DNA of 63,682 nt, filler included, from Octopus bimaculoides (GCF_001194135.2; 11 parts of 10 records of this genome joined end to end with filler, not necessarily neighbours in it), one strand, 5' to 3'. Counted from the first letter of the whole stretch, positions 40,211-53,914 are shown. A program made the numbers and translations. Notes: a model not told the origin generated them from the sequence alone.

Positions 40211-40515
40211 TATGGTCGTTAATGATGGTAATGATGTAGATCACAATCTGTCTATGTATGTATGTATGTATGTATCTATCTGTTTCTCAGCACGTCTATA
40301 TATCAGGCTCTCTCCTTATACACATACCCACACATATAAACACGATGGGCTTCTTTCAGTTTCCGTCTACCAAATCCACTCACAAGGCTTTTGTCGGTCG
40401 AAGGTTATTGAAGAAGACACTTGACCAAGGTGCCACGCAGTGGGACTGAACCCAGAACCATGTAGCTGGGAAGCAAGCCTCTTACCACACACCCACTCCA
40501 TACATACATATGTCT

Positions 40516-40563
<48 letters not shown>

Positions 40564-41267
40564 NNNNNNNNNNNNNNNNNNNNNNNNNNNNNNNNNNNNN
40601 NNNNNNNNNNNNNNNNNNNNNNNNNNNNNNNNNNNNNNNNNNNNNNNNNNNNNNNNNNNNNNNNNNNNNNNNNNNNNNNNNNNNNNNNNNNNNNNNNNNN
40701 NNNNNNNNNNNNNNNNNNNNNNNNNNNNNNNNNNNNNNNNNNNNNNNNNNNNNNNNNNNNNNNNNNNNNNNNNNNNNNNNNNNNNNNNNNNNNNNNNNNN
40801 NNNNNNNNNNNNNNNNNNNNNNNNNNNNNNNNNNNNNNNNNNNNNNNNNNNNNNNNNNNNNNNNNNNNNNNNNNNNNNNNNNNNNNNNNNNNNNNNNNNN
40901 NNNNNNNNNNNNNNNNNNNNNNNNNNNNNNNNNNNNNNNNNNNNNNNNNNNNNNNNNNNNNNNNNNNNNNNNNNNNNNNNNNNNNNNNNNNNNNNNNNNG
41001 TAAATAAATATAAACTCGTGTTTATAATGTTTATTTTTTTTTTCTACGTTATCCTATTTTGTTTGTTTTCTGTTTTCCTTTTCTTTCTTCTTTTCTCCCT
41101 TCCTTCTTTATTTCCCTCATCCCCCCTTAACCACGTCTATCTCTCCTCCACGCCTCCCTCCCTTCTACCACTTCTCCACTCCTACTCTCTTTCTATTAAT
41201 CCTGCTATCATCGCTGTCCTTTACAGATATTTCACTGCTCTTCGCTCATTCTTGTGTTTTTCTTATC

Positions 41268-41300
<33 letters not shown>

Positions 41301-42737
41301 TCGCACTCACACTTAGACGAACCGCGCACATATGCATACATGCGCGCAAACACACACACACACTCTGCACGCGGCTTCATGCACATGACTACACACACAC
41401 ACACACACACATACACACACACTCACATACACACACGCACGTGCGCACATGCATGCATGCACACAAACACACACAGCTTATACATACACACCTACAAACT
41501 TATGACTACACACACACAAACACATGTATGCATGCATGCTAACACACACACACACACACATACATACACGACTACACGCACGCACAAGCACACTCAGACA
41601 AAAGCACACACATATGCATACACGCACGCAAACACACACACACACACTCAACGCGCGCATTCATACACATGTCTACACACACACAAACACACACACACGA
41701 CCCTCCATCGAGGGCATTCCATTCGTGACCATAACGTATTTTATTCAGACAGTATCTCTGGGCCTACATCATCATTGAAAAAAAACAAAAACAAACAAAA
41801 CAAAAAAAATATTATTTCATACCCGTGGCGTGCCCTGGTGACCTCTATCTTAATGGAGATAATCAATTCTAGATCAGTTAAGGAAGGATCGGAAGTTTTG
41901 AATTTTAAATCGAAGAGTAGAATAATTGAGATGGCATATTGAACATATATATTTAATATTTCTTTTTTCTTAAATATCATAAAGTCTTATGATTTCTAAT
42001 CATAAGTAGTCTTGTAGAGCAGCGTTTCATCCTTATTTAAAGCTGCCAGAATGACATAACCCGAAGCAAATATTTTACACTAGATTAAACATTTTACGAA
42101 GCGTGGCATTTCTTATGGAGAGAAAATGATTTACAGTTTAAAAGGCATTTATAGGATGTATGATATTTTTTCGTTTTTCCATCAGAAGTCGTTGATAGTT
42201 CTGCAACTGAGCGTAAACAGAAGGAAATTCCTGGCATGCAGGTTAATATTTCTAGAGAGAATATTTGGTTTGTTATTTGTATCATATTGAATGACTACGT
42301 AGAATCGCAGCGATGACTTGTGGGAATTAATCGCTGTCGTTAATGTATAGCCCAGATCAATATTGATCCAATTGAGTTAAAATCAAATAATATTCCATTC
42401 GTAAACATGCCATCTTTTATTCAGATAAAATGCGCATAGGAATAAATACACAAGAAATTCAGTGAGTTTTAGTAAATTCGTATTGCGTGAGGAGTCAAGG
42501 AAAATGACGTTTCGGGATAAACACTTCATCAAGAACAAAACAAATTTTTCATAAGATTGAACAATTTTGTTTCTCAGAAACGAAGAGAAAGTCTGGCAAA
42601 TGTTTCAACATATCAAGTTAACTGCGTAAGTGTTTAGGACACAAATAACTAGCAAATTTCCCGAACTCCGCTTTTAAACATACATCTAGGTATATACATG
42701 CATACATACACATGCATATAAATCAGTATGTATATAG

Positions 42738-42990
42738 GGGTGGCTGTGTCATAAGAAGCTTGATTCTCAACCACGTGGCTCCGAGTTCAGTCCCACTGTG
42801 TGGCACCTTGGGCCAGTGTCTTCTACTATAGCTTCGGGCCGACCAAAGCCTTGTCAGTGGATCTGGTAGACGGAAACTGTGTCTGTGTTTGTCCCCCTCA
42901 CCATCGCTTGACAACCGATGTTGGTGTGATCACGTCCCCGAAAGTTAGCAGCTCGGCAAAACAGACCGATAGAATAAGTACTAGGCTTAC
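42738..42990 (+). mobile_element. SINE family B, cut by contig end
   Basis: Head and middle are present; this copy lacks the expanded microsatellite. Confidence 0.8.
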
Positions 42991-43529
42991 NNNNNNNNNN
43001 NNNNNNNNNNNNNNNNNNNNNNNNNNNNNNNNNNTTAATTAATTAANNNNNNNNNNNNNNNNNNNNNNNNNNNNNNNNNNNNNNNNNNNNAGTATGTGTG
43101 TGTGTATATATGTATGCATGTATGTATGTATGTATCATTGGAAATAGAAAGCCAGAAGCAAATTAAAGTTTCCATGAACGTGACGTAAGTGCTTATAAAG
43201 GCCCGAAGGAACGGCACATACTTCAAAATAGACCATTTCTCTTGTATATATCGCATTTACAAAAGTTTAACTAACGGCAATATTTTGGAATTACAGTGGA
43301 GATTCGCAAGTAAAATGTAAACTTACGTATTTCATAAAATCAATAAGGCAAATTTATATAGACATTCAAGTATGAATGTATGTGCACATACCTGTATTCC
43401 TGTACGCGCATTTGAGTATGCATAAATATATATATACAAAGAGAGAGAGAGAGAATTATATAGGGTAAAATTATATATCAGGGCTCAGAAGTTACCATGC
43501 CTGTGTGCTGAAAATTGCAGATATTCACT

Positions 43530-43626
43530 CCACATATATACACAGCTTTCCACATATATACACAACTTTCCACATACATACACACCTTTCGACATATATA
43601 CACAACTTTCCACATATATACACAGC
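43530..43626. repeat. 20-bp minisatellite, about 5 copies
   Basis: Unit CCACATATATACACAACTTT at 43530, 43550, 43570, 43590 and 43610 (partial). Confidence 0.9.
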
Positions 43627-44856
43627 ATCTGCAGTGGTTGGACATATTTGGCGTCTGTTTTCAGCATTTATGCATGGTAGCGTCTGTGCCCTTAAGTATA
43701 ATTGTACCCTATACAATATAAATCTCTTTATATATCCATTTTACCTAAAAAGATTTTTCTTTTTACATGCTGGCCACTAATAAATTTCATTAATTTTAAT
43801 GGTTTTTAACCTTTAATTATACATATACATACATNNNNNNNNNNNNNNNNNNNNNNNNNNNNNNNNNNNNNNNNNNNNNNNNNNNNNNNNNNNNNNNNNN
43901 NNNNNNNNNNNNNNNNNNNNNNNNNNNNNNNNNNNNNNNNNNNNNNNNNNNNNNNNNNNNNNNNNNNNNNNNNNNNNNNNNNNNNNNNNNNNNNNNNNNN
44001 NNNNNNNNNNNNNNNNNNNNNNNNNNNNNNNNNNNNNNNNNNNNNNNNNNNNNNNNNNNNNNNNNNNNNNNNNNNNNNNNNNNNNNNNNNNNNNNNNNNN
44101 NNNNNNNNNNNNNNNNNNNNNNNNNNNNNNNNNNNNNNNNNNNNNNNNNNNNNNNNNNNNNNNNNNNNNNNNNNNNNNNNNNNNNNNNNNNNNNNNNNNN
44201 NNNNNNNNNNNNNNNNNNNNNNNNNNNNNNNNNNNNNNNNNNNNNNNNNNNNNNNNNNNNNNNNNNNNNNNNNNNNNNNNNNNNNNNNNNNNNNNNNNNN
44301 NNNNNNNNNNNNNNNNNNNNNNNNNNNNNNNNNNNNNNNNNNNNNNNNNNNNNNNNNNNNNNNNNNNNNNNNNNNNNNNNNNNNNNNNNNNNNNNNNNNN
44401 NNNNNNNNNNNNNNNTATACATATATATATATAAATAAGCAACAAGGATATCCAGAGGTAATGCAGTACGATCGTTTCACGCAACTCCATTAAATTGAAC
44501 AGTGGAACCATCACATCAATTTAAATGCATCAATTTAAAGAATATATAACAATGACTTAAGCTGAAGATATGAAAGCAATCATCAGGTGCACAAAGACAT
44601 AGTATTTAATTAAATTAAAACAGATGGACACATTTGTGTAATTTTGCCTAAAATGTGTCGATTCTATGCCTTTATGCAGCTGAATATTCTAATATTCGCA
44701 TTATTCAATTAAATGGAGTTACATGAAACGATCATACTGCATTACCTTTGGATATCCTTGTTGCTTATCTTGAGTCTAATCACCTTATTTTTAAATTGTA
44801 TCGATTATACCGTACTAAATTCTGGTGCATTAACTTAAGTACCATATTCATCTGAA

Positions 44857-44895
<39 letters not shown>

Positions 44896-44937
44896 AAGAA
44901 TAGATTGAGCAAAACGCATATAATAAATAAGTTCCTT

Positions 44938-45029
44938 TAATTCCGATACATGTTTCGAAAATTACATGCACTCTATTCCAAAGGATTAAAAGATGTTTTT
45001 ATAAATGTAATTTTCTCTTCAGGAAATCA
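44938..45029 (-). ncRNA. Type I hammerhead ribozyme candidate with canonical core
   Basis: Minus strand: TGATTTC (stem I) - CTGAAGA (45022-45016) - GAAAATTACAT / 37-nt loop / ATGTAATTTTC (perfect 11-bp stem II) - GAAAC - ATGT - ATC^ - GGAATTA (stem I, 7 bp with 2 wobbles). Confidence 0.65.
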
Positions 45030-46335
45030 TCCTTTGAAAGGAAGACCTATACCAAATGTGAAAATTACGTATTTGGAAGAACGCTAGATAGCTAAGTTTA
45101 AAAATACCGTTAGATGCTAGAACGCTAGGTTACAAGATGTAGTATTAGGAGGAAAGTGATGAATGCTACAACTGGAGTTTAATTTAAATAGAAGCCGTAA
45201 TAAACCGCAAAAAAATCTAAATAATGATTAATTAAGTGTTTGATAAATCACGTAAGTGAAAAGAATAAGGGAAATAATCCAGTGAATTTGCATTTAGTTT
45301 GTATGTTTATGTTTCTAAATCCTCGTAAATAACGTGTAGCTATAAAGTTGCTTATAATGTGAATTGTTAATATGGGTAACTTTTAATAGTGTATAAATAC
45401 ATATATATATATATATATATGCATACATACGTACACACACGAACATAGGCACAGGCATACTGGAATGTTTATAAAAAATTGCCTGATTGATTTTTCGTGC
45501 AAAATATCTTTTTTGTCCCACTTTTTCCCACATCTCTCTCTTCTGTCCGCGTCTCTTTCTCTCTCTTTCTCCATCTCTCTGTCTCTAATCTCGACCGCTG
45601 TTTCAACCTTCTGCCACTGACACGTGACCCATGCTCATCGTCACCTCTCTTCTCCATTTTCTTTTTGCGCCTGACCGCCAAATCAACCAGTCGTGTTTCT
45701 GTTGTCTCCCGTATTCAACATGGTGTGTCGTCTCTCCGTTGTCCCTTTTATTTCCAATCTTTTAAGATACTTTTCCTGATGCTACCCATATTTTCGACTC
45801 AGGTTCCAGCCGTAAGGCCTTATTCTCTTTATTTCCTTCATTTTGTTTGTATGTTGACATTTCGTGACGTTCGCTTTCCTCTCTGTTCCTTGTCCGCTCA
45901 CTATTCGTCTAGTTTTGAATATTGTTTTGATTGTATGACGTATATTTATTTTAGTTTCGATTGTAAGTTCACATTCTATCGTGTTTGATCCCTTGTCTCT
46001 TTGCGCGCTATTTCTCAGCGGCTTCTCGTCGCTGACAGCACCAAAGGGGAGTAGTGTTATCGTTAAATGTGTGAAATATTTTGGACAATAACTGAAGGAG
46101 ATATTTAGCCAAAATCTATGTATGTATTTTCGTTTGTTCCGTTCGTTTGTACTTCTATATATACTTTTGAACACACACACACACACAGACACACACACAC
46201 ACAAACAAACAAACAAACGCATATATATNNNNNNNNNNNNNNNNNNNNNNNNNNNNNNNNNNNNNNNNNNNNTTAATTAATTAANNNNNNNNNNNNNNNN
46301 NNNNNNNNNNNNNNNNNNNNNNNNNNNNATATATA

Positions 46336-46472
46336 TGTCTCCGTATTCTTTCTGTTGAAGAGCGTAGCTCGAAACATCAAAGACATTCCGTATTCCCGAG
46401 CGTCATACTAATATATACTTTTGTTATTTACACCACCTGTCCTCGTCTGTTGTTATTTTTTGTATATTCTCC
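46336..46472 (+). mobile_element. Family H element, copy 2
   Basis: Motif 46347-46383: TCTTT-CTGTTGAA-GAGC/GTA/GCTC-GAAAC ATC-AAAGA. (AT)n on both sides. Confidence 0.6.
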
Positions 46473-46473
46473 C

Positions 46474-46531
<58 letters not shown>

Positions 46532-46539
46532 CTGTGTGT

Positions 46540-46846
46540 GGTGAAAGCGCATCGCGTAGCTTAGTGGTTAGGGTGCACGACTCACGATAGTACGAGCGCT
46601 AACTCGATCTTCGGTGGCCGGTGTGTCCTTCAGCAAGACACTTTATTTCAGGTTGCTCCAGTTCACTCAACTGGTATAAATGAGGGCCAACCTTGTCAAA
46701 TTCTATGTCACACTGAATCTCCCGAAGAACTATATTAAGGGTATGCGTGACTGTGGAGCGTTCAGCCACTTGCACATTGATTTCACGAGCAGGCTGTTCC
46801 GTTGATCGGGTCAACTGGAACTCTCGTCGTCGTAAACGACGGAGTG
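46540..46846 (+). mobile_element. SINE family C
   Basis: Homologous to 39008-39325. Confidence 0.82.
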
Positions 46847-47501
46847 ATATTTGTGATATATCACAAAGCTGGCTATATTATTTTTTTTTTTTTATATACA
46901 CATTAGCGAGAGAGAGAGAGAGGAAAATTGAGCAATATATATATATATCATTACTCTGGAAGATTCTCAAATACTCATAACGGATATAAATAGAAAATAA
47001 CCCAATGACTAACAAAACATGATAGTAAATAAATACGGATTATTAGTTCGGTTCTAATTTACTTCATCAATAATTTAGTATGGTATTCAACTATTCTTGC
47101 CTTTAAAAGATAGAAAGAATAATGCCACAGTTCATCTAACATTTTAAAAGTTTAGCGTATTGTCCTGAAACTTTGAGATATCCGCTTCTCGAAGCCCAAT
47201 CTGCCAACCTGATGTAAGAAGGAAGCGATTTGGGAGCTTTTCACATATTTATATTAAGGCGTCGCTCTTGTATTTCAATGTGTTAGATCCTCTAGTGCAA
47301 TTATAACAAATGGATGAAGCCAATAAGATGGGCGAAATCTTATATGATTCGAACAATGTATGATTTTATCGATATCACCGAAAGAACTTACATTGTGAAT
47401 CTATTTCATACTGGGTTTCCCTCCTGCTATTCTCTATTTAATGGCTTGTAGTATTCATTTTCAGCTCCAGCTATTGTACAATATATTGTATATGTTGTGA
47501 A

Positions 47502-47912
47502 GGCAGCGAGCTGGCAGTAATGTTAGCACGCCGGGCGAAATGCTTTGCGGTATTTCGTCTGCCGTATTTCGTCTCCCGAGGTCGACTTTGCCTTTCATCC
47601 TTTCGGGGTCATTAAATTAAGTACCAGTTACGCACAGGAGTCGATGTAATCGACTTAATCCCTTTTTCTGTCCTTGCTTGTCCTCTCTATGTTTAGCCCC
47701 TTATGGGCAATAAAGAAATAAGAAACGTTACCTCGCCGGGCGAAATGTTTAGCGCCGTTACCTTCTGAGTTCAAATTCCGCCGAGGTCGACTTTGCCTTT
47801 CATCCTTTCAAGGTCGATTAAATAAGTACCAGTTACGTACTGAGGTCGATGTAATTGACTTAATCCCTTTGTTTGTCCTCTCTATGTTTTAGCCCCCAGT
47901 ACGCAATAAAAA
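47502..47912 (+). mobile_element. SINE family A, head-to-tail dimer
   Basis: A near full-length copy to about 47720 is fused through AGAAAC to a 5'-clipped second copy. Confidence 0.82.
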
Positions 47913-49019
47913 AACAAATATATTTTATATGTTATATGTTTGTACGCTTGTTATCAAAAGCGGTGTGCTGCGGAACTTATTGTCCCCAATATGTTACTTT
48001 TAAGAGGGTAGGATGTGATTTCAATGGTGTTTGGTTTCTACTTCTAACACGTCAAGCGACAATGTATAGTTTTCACCATTAGCTCAGATTTTTGCATTAG
48101 ATGTCTCTATAAAGAAGTGGCATTTAAATTTAATATCAACGTGATGTTTGCGTCTACTGCAAGATTAAATTTTAACATTTTTCCTTGGATTACATTCCCT
48201 GTAGTAATGCACTAAACATTGGCTGTTCTAGTTATAAATTATTGATGTTGTAGTTTGCACATTTTCCATAATGCTTCGTTTGTTTGTTTTTTTTCTACTT
48301 TGTAATACTGTGTACATTCCATATCGCCATATCACTTAAGTGCCAATCTTCCTGGCTAAAGTTTTAACCAAATTCATTGTATACAGATTTTGTTACTATA
48401 TAATGCCTCATAGGAAAGTAATAAATCGATGATATTTTCAGATAGATAGTAATTATGTGGATCTCATCTTCCAAACTAAATCCACATTAATGGTAAATGT
48501 TTCCCAACTGAGTGCATTGTATAAATTTTTATTAGTTTTGTACATGAAGTATTCGGCACCTATTTATCGTTCATTAGTTGCAATTCCATAGTCTTGAGAG
48601 TGCGAAATAATATGGCGATTGCTGATTCGAGATATTCTGCTCTCTTTGTCATAGCTAATGTGGTTCTCAAGCTTTCAGGCAGTACAGCTGTGTGTAATAT
48701 TCTTTTTCATATGAAGTGGTTTTCTTCTGTATTGCTACATGGATCTAGTGCGCGGTCAGCTACTATAGTCATACAATTTGTAACCAGATTCAAGTCTAAA
48801 TACTTCCCTTGAACGCTGGTTTATTTTGAAAACTTCTATAACACCTGATAACCACTAGAAATATTGATGCTGAGTTATATTATAACCCAACAAAAATCTT
48901 TGCTTTTCATTCTTCTGGGACCGATGAAATACCAGTTATGTACTATAGTCGAATTTATATAAATTCTGATATAATAATTGTTTCAATTTTTTGCAAAAGC
49001 TTAGTTTTTGAGAGGACAG

Positions 49020-49395
49020 GAAACCGATTACATCGACCGCCAGTAATCCAATGGTATTTATTTTATTGACCCGAAAGGATGAAAAGCGAAGTCCACCTCG
49101 ACAAAATTTGTACTCAGAATGTAATGACAGACATTTTGCCCGGCGTGCAAATGAGTCTGCCAGCTCGCCACCCTAAACATAACAATACTTTTTACTACAG
49201 GTACAAGGCCTGAATTTTCTTTTTGGTGGGTTACGGAGACTAGTCGATTACATCAATTGGTACTTATTTTATCGACTCCGAAAGGATGAAAGGTAACGCC
49301 AACCTCGCCGGAATTTGAACTCAGAATGTACTGACGGGTGAAATACTGCTAAGCATTTCGTCCAACGTGCTAACGATTCTGCCATCTCGCTGCCT
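49020..49395 (-). mobile_element. Two SINE family A copies in tandem
   Basis: Reverse-complement matches at about 49020-49165 and 49240-49395. Confidence 0.75.
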
Positions 49396-50139
49396 TAACA
49401 CCATAAATATAATATGATATAATATATAGTATATATCTTGAAGATTACTGGCTTCGTGCCCACTATCAGTTCTACAGAGCATTATCACAGTTTCTCCACT
49501 CAGATTTCACTGGTACTCGTTAACTGGAGTACGACTTGTAAAATGTTCTCTTCTGTATTGCCTTTGAAGAACCACAGCCATACGAAAGTAGATCACTGTT
49601 TATTACCACTGTCTGTCCCCCTGGTGAGTTGATTAAACTCCACATTCCAGTGCATTACAGATTGTAAGCAAAGCCAGGTCTACAATCTGAGAACAACCCA
49701 TTATCGGCGGTGTATGCTTCATTTTCTTCTATGCAACCCCGAAGACAACACAAATAAATCATTCCTATTGTTCTTCATTCTATTACTAAGCTATAAAAAG
49801 AACTTTTAAAAAAAGTAGATATAAATGAAAGGGCAATAAAATATAAAAAGACCTTAAAGCGTTTCAACTTTTACCCATACAATAAATTCACCATAAAAAT
49901 ATCTGATAACTCAACACTTAGTTATTTTAGATTGATCCAAAGTTTAGAGTTTGGTACCACATTTAATGTAAGGGCATAAATTACAACTTCATTTTGAAGA
50001 GTTAATGAATAACCGAAGGGGACGAGATGACTTGTGGGGAATCGATGGGCATGGACCGTGTTTTCGAGAAAAGTGGCAATTTTCAGAGGGCTCTAACATT
50101 TGGAACGATTGTTCCATCTGAACATTTTAGTATCATTTG

Positions 50140-50500
50140 CTTTCAAATGATAGTTAGCAGTTCGCTTCCCAACCACATGGTTCCTGGTTCAGTACCACTA
50201 CGTAGTGCTGAACGTAATTACTTTCTATTATAGCCCCGAGCCGACCAAAACCTTGTGACTGGATTTGGTAGACGGAAACTGAAAGACGCCCGTCGTATAT
50301 ATATATGTATGTTTAAATATGTTTATCTCATCACCACCGTTTGACAAACGGTGTTGGTTTGTTTATGTCGTCGTAACATCAGAGACAGGGTTTATAAAAA
50401 TAAGCACTGGTGACGATTCATTCGACTAGAAACCCCTTCAAGGAGCTGCCCCAGCATGGCCGCACGTAGAATGACTGGAACAAGTAAAAGATAAAAAAGA
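50140..50500 (+). mobile_element. SINE family B
   Basis: Same architecture with a short internal (AT)n. Confidence 0.8.
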
Positions 50501-52811
50501 TAAAAGATAAGGCGATATATTTATAATATCGACGTAAATTTTTTTAACAGCTAATTATTTTAGAGATAATTAAAAATGATTTTTTTATAAAAAAAAATCA
50601 TGAACTGTAATATCAAATATAAATTATGAAGGTCATTTGACCTCAAATCATCAAAGGCTCAAAGTGGCCAAATGTTTACGAAAACAAAGATCAGATATAT
50701 AAAATAGCTTCATAAATTATATAAAATGTTTTAAAAACTANNNNNNNNNNNNNNNNNNNNNNNNNNNNNNNNNNNNNNNNNNNNNNNNNNNNNNNNNNNN
50801 NNNNNNNNNNNNNNNNNNNNNNNNNNNNNNNNNNNNNNNNNNNNNNNNNNNNNNNNNNNNNNNNNNNNNNNNNNNNNNNNNNNNNNNNNNNNNNNNNNNN
50901 NNNNNNNNNNNNNNNNNNNNNNNNNNNNNNNNNNNNNNNNNNNNNNNNNNNNNNNNNNNNNNNNNNNNNNNNNNNNNNNNNNNNNNNNNNNNNNNNNNNN
51001 NNNNNNNNNNNNNNNNNNNNNNNNNNNNNNNNNNNNNNNNNNNNNNNNNNNNNNNNNNNNNNNNNNNNNNNNNNNNNNNNNNNNNNNNNNNNNNNNNNNN
51101 NNNNNNNNNNNNNNNNNNNNNNNNNNNNNNNNNNNNNNNNNNNNNNNNNNNNNNNNNNNNNNNNNNNNNNNNNNNNNNNNNNNNNNNNNNNNNNNNNNNN
51201 NNNNNNNNNNNNNNNNNNNNNTACATATATATAAGGGCATTACTACAGAATAATGCCACACACTAGACTTCCCAAATAAACACATTTTAGTACCGAATGC
51301 GAGGAAACGCAACTCTCAAATAAACCAACCTTTTTTAAAAAAATCAACTATGTATCGACCGATTTCACGATTACCAGAATGAAATCTAGTTTTCGCTTGT
51401 CAGCATAGTATAGTACAGATTCAGTCCCACTTCGTGGCACCTTGTGCAAGTCTCTTCTACTATATCCTAGGGCCGACCAAAGCCTTATGAACTGATTTGG
51501 TAGACGGAAACTGAAAAAACCCCATCGTATATATACGCATATATATATATATATGATGAGCTTCTTTTAGTTTCCGTCTCCCAAATCAGTTCATAAGGCT
51601 TGTATATGTATGTATATGTGTGTGTGTTTGTGTGTGTGTCTGTCTGTCTGTGTGTGTGTGTTTCACCACTGTTTGACAACCGGTGTTGATGTGTTTACGT
51701 CCCTGTGCGCTAGCGGTTCGGCGGCAAAAAAAAAAATTCCTTCCACTAAAATCCTTAACGGCAGTGCCTTAACATGGCCGCAGTGAAATGACTGAAACAA
51801 GTAGAAGATAAAAGATATCTTTGAATCGGTGATAATGGGAACAAGTGGATAAAATCGATATGTGTTTTTATTAACACCATCGGAGCTGGTAAAGATAATT
51901 GAAGTGATGGCGAATAAGCAGCTACTTGATGACTGTGTCAGCGAATCGGATTGGCAATTGTTCATCGTAAATAGGGTTTGTGTGTGAATACAGTAATAGA
52001 TACCGATAAAGAGTATAAAGCAAAGAAAAGATTATCAAAGATCCGTTTGGAACTAATCCTTATAGTAATCCTCGGAGATGTAGTTATTCATGACGATAAA
52101 AGTTTCATTTAATTAAAAGCAGCAGCAAAAAAACAAAAAAAAACATAAACGTTTTTAGGCATGGGTGTGTGGTTAAGTAGTTCGCTTTATAACTATGTGG
52201 CTTCGAGTTCAATCCGACTAAGTAACACCATAGCCAGGTGTCTTCAATGATAGCTCCGAACCGACCATTGTCCTGTGAAAGAATTCCGTAAACGGAAACT
52301 GTGTGGAAGTCTATCGTACATATANNNNNNNNNNNNNNNNNNNNNNNNNNNNNNNNNNNNNNNNNNNNNNNNNNNNNNNNNNNNNNNNNNNNNNNNNNNN
52401 NNNNNNNNNNNNNNNNNNNNNNNNNNNNNNNNNNNNNNNNNNNNNNNNNNNNNNNNNNNNNNNNNNNNNNNNNNNNNNNNNNNNNNNNNNNNNNNNNNNN
52501 NNNNNNNNNNNNNNNNNNNNNNNNNNNNNNNNNNNNNNNNNNNNNNNNNNNNNNNNNNNNNNNNNNNNNNNNNNNNNNNNNNNNNNNNNNNNNNNNNNNN
52601 NNNNNNNNNNNNNNNNNNNNNNNNNNNNNNNNNNNNNNNNNNNNNNNNNNNNNNNNNNNNNNNNNNNGTTTTAATGGAGGGGATGAGTCGATTACTTCGA
52701 CCCCAATGTTCGACACCCAATGTTCGACCCCCAATGTTCAACTGGTACGTATTTCATCGACCCCCAAAAGGATGAAAGATAAAGTCGACCTCGGTAGAAT
52801 TTGAACCAAGA

Positions 52812-53007
52812 AGATGAAGAAGAAGAAGAAGAAGAAGAAGAAGAAGAAGAAGAAGAAGAAGAAGGTGGTACTCATGACGATGATGTCGATGACGATGATG
52901 TCGATGACGATGATGATGATGATGACGAAGACGACGATGATGATTATGATGATGATGACGACGATGACGATGATGACAATGATAACGATAATGACGATGA
53001 CGATGAC

Positions 53008-53040
<33 letters not shown>

Positions 53041-53210
53041 AACAAGGAAGGATAAGAAGAAGAGGGAGATTATGATGATTATGACGATGGTGATGATGAT
53101 GATAACGACGATGACATCGACGATAGCGATGACGAGGATGATGGTGAGGAGGATGACGATCACGACGACGATGATAATGGTGATGATGGTGATGATGACG
53201 ATGACGATTC
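52812..53210. repeat. (GAA)n then (GAT/GAC)n array
   Basis: Direct reading. Confidence 0.95.
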
Positions 53211-53808
53211 AAGACAGAGGAATTGAAAAAAAGTGGAATAAGAAGCAAGAAAGCCAACAGAAGCAGAAACTAGATCGGAAAGAGGAAAATAAACAAACAC
53301 TAGAAATATTCGCAGACCTGCAGCAGATACAAGAATAATGCAGAAAAACCAGTAAATACAAGACATACGTAGACTAGAAAACAAACAGTATTTCATATAT
53401 ATNNNNNNNNNNNNNNNNNNNNNNNNNNNNNNNNNNNNNNNNNNNNTTAATTAATTAANNNNNNNNNNNNNNNNNNNNNNNNNNNNNNNNNNNNNNNNNN
53501 NNTATATATATATAGGTTGATAGACATACAAATAGAAAGACAGGTAAATAGATGGATAGATAGATAGATAGATAGATAGATATGCACATACATACACAGA
53601 GATATATTCATATGTTCATTTACAATTTTACAATGACTGTACAGAAATAATATGCATGTTTGCACACACACACAAACACACACACAAGTCTGTTTAAATT
53701 GTTAATAAATTATGCATACTATTGTTTTACGTGCATTTGTGCATATGTCTTCTATCACAGTTTCGTACACAGCTGGGATGATTCATATCTATCTATCTAT
53801 CTATCTAC

Positions 53809-53839
<31 letters not shown>

Positions 53840-53914
53840 ACTATTTATCTATATACACACATACACACACACACACATACACACACACACACATACACAC
53901 ACACACACACACAC

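Noticed and set aside
43530-43626. Regular repeat array resembling CRISPR
   Set aside because: Units are contiguous with no unique spacers, the context is eukaryotic, and there are no cas genes.
45497-45988. 163-aa ORF (and the 74-aa ORF at 6082-6306)
   Set aside because: Low-complexity or AT-rich composition with no recognisable domain.
48060-48320. Copia RNase H-like peptide hints on the minus strand (KKQ..AL, RRKHHVDIKFKCHF)
   Set aside because: Motif spacing is wrong and there are many stops; needs an HMM search before calling.
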